Shown piece after piece: positions 63,492 through 64,000 of a stretch of DNA of 64,000 nucleotides; the stretch's first letter is position 1; each line of letters starts with the position of its first letter. The position numbers and the translations under genes are program-made. A model generated the notes under the pieces. The model saw only the letters and a list, made by a program, of their open reading frames with translations, made no database searches and was not told the DNA's origin. The DNA lies in NCBI RefSeq assembly GCF_006345805.1, contig NC_042998.1, positions 58,590,001 to 58,654,000 on the forward strand. The letters run 5' to 3'. Source of the DNA: Octopus sinensis. Lineage: Eukaryota.

Positions 63492-64000
63492 AACAACAAA
63501 CAAGATGAGGACAAATATCTGTCAGATGTAAATAATGTAAATAATGAACTTTTAAGGAATTGTATATTTGGAGAGGATCCGGAAAACTTTATCTTTCTAC
63601 CAAAGTGAATGCTACATTTCATAGAGATATTTCGGCAGCCAAATTTGCAAAATCTTCACTTCTATTTGGAGCGAGGGTCAGTTACCTTTTGATATTAGAG
63701 GAAAGATGTTAAAATACTAAGACATTTTAAAACATCAACTCAGCTAAGAAATGCTATTAGAGGTGTATCCTAGTTTCTCTCAAAATTGTAGAAACCCTTA
63801 ATGCCATCACCATTCAACATAAAAAATAGAAATAGACCTAGCACTCCTGTTCTACAAACATGCATTTCTCCTTACAACTTTATTCTTTATTATTTCTTTC
63901 CAGCCTTCTTCACTTTTTTTTCCTCTCATAACCCAACTTTCTCTACCAAAACAAATGTTATATTTCTCTATAATCAAGTCCCCTGCTTCAAATTTCAGAC

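Larger units (their letters stand above)
63057..63548. mobile_element. Second inverted pair of the same hammerhead-bearing element
   Basis: Headless minus copy, (ATT)n, then a plus copy with tRNA-like head at ~63252; 10-bp TSD CTTTTAAGGA at 63047-63056 and 63549-63558. Confidence 0.8.

Overview
AT-rich, microsatellite- and SINE-dense animal genomic DNA. The repeat content resembles a coleoid cephalopod, most likely Octopus (inference). The window holds the 3' part of one plus-strand gene, a phospholipase C epsilon (PLCE1-like). Eleven well-supported exons between 3619 and 52316 join in frame to give the end of the catalytic Y box, the C2 domain, two tandem Ras-association (RA) domains and a basic/Ser-rich tail; a short terminal exon at 52482 is tentative. 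The first intron (3764-8157) is a minor-spliceosome AT-AC (U12-type) intron and contains a decayed duplicate of the preceding exon. Everything else is intronic or downstream DNA with mariner and DD41D-like Tc1/mariner relics, Helitrons, pogo- and piggyBac-type MITEs, RTE LINE 3' ends, R4/Dong-like fragments, a solo LTR, tRNA-derived SINEs and many foldback palindromes. The most unusual signal is a set of type I hammerhead-ribozyme motifs in small non-autonomous, Penelope-like elements arranged as inverted pairs (41932-43055, 59136-59430, 63047-63558). One family has a tRNA-like head and a single target-site duplication around the whole inverted dimer. All alignments and folds were done by eye; ends of SINE/LINE copies and microsatellites are approximate.
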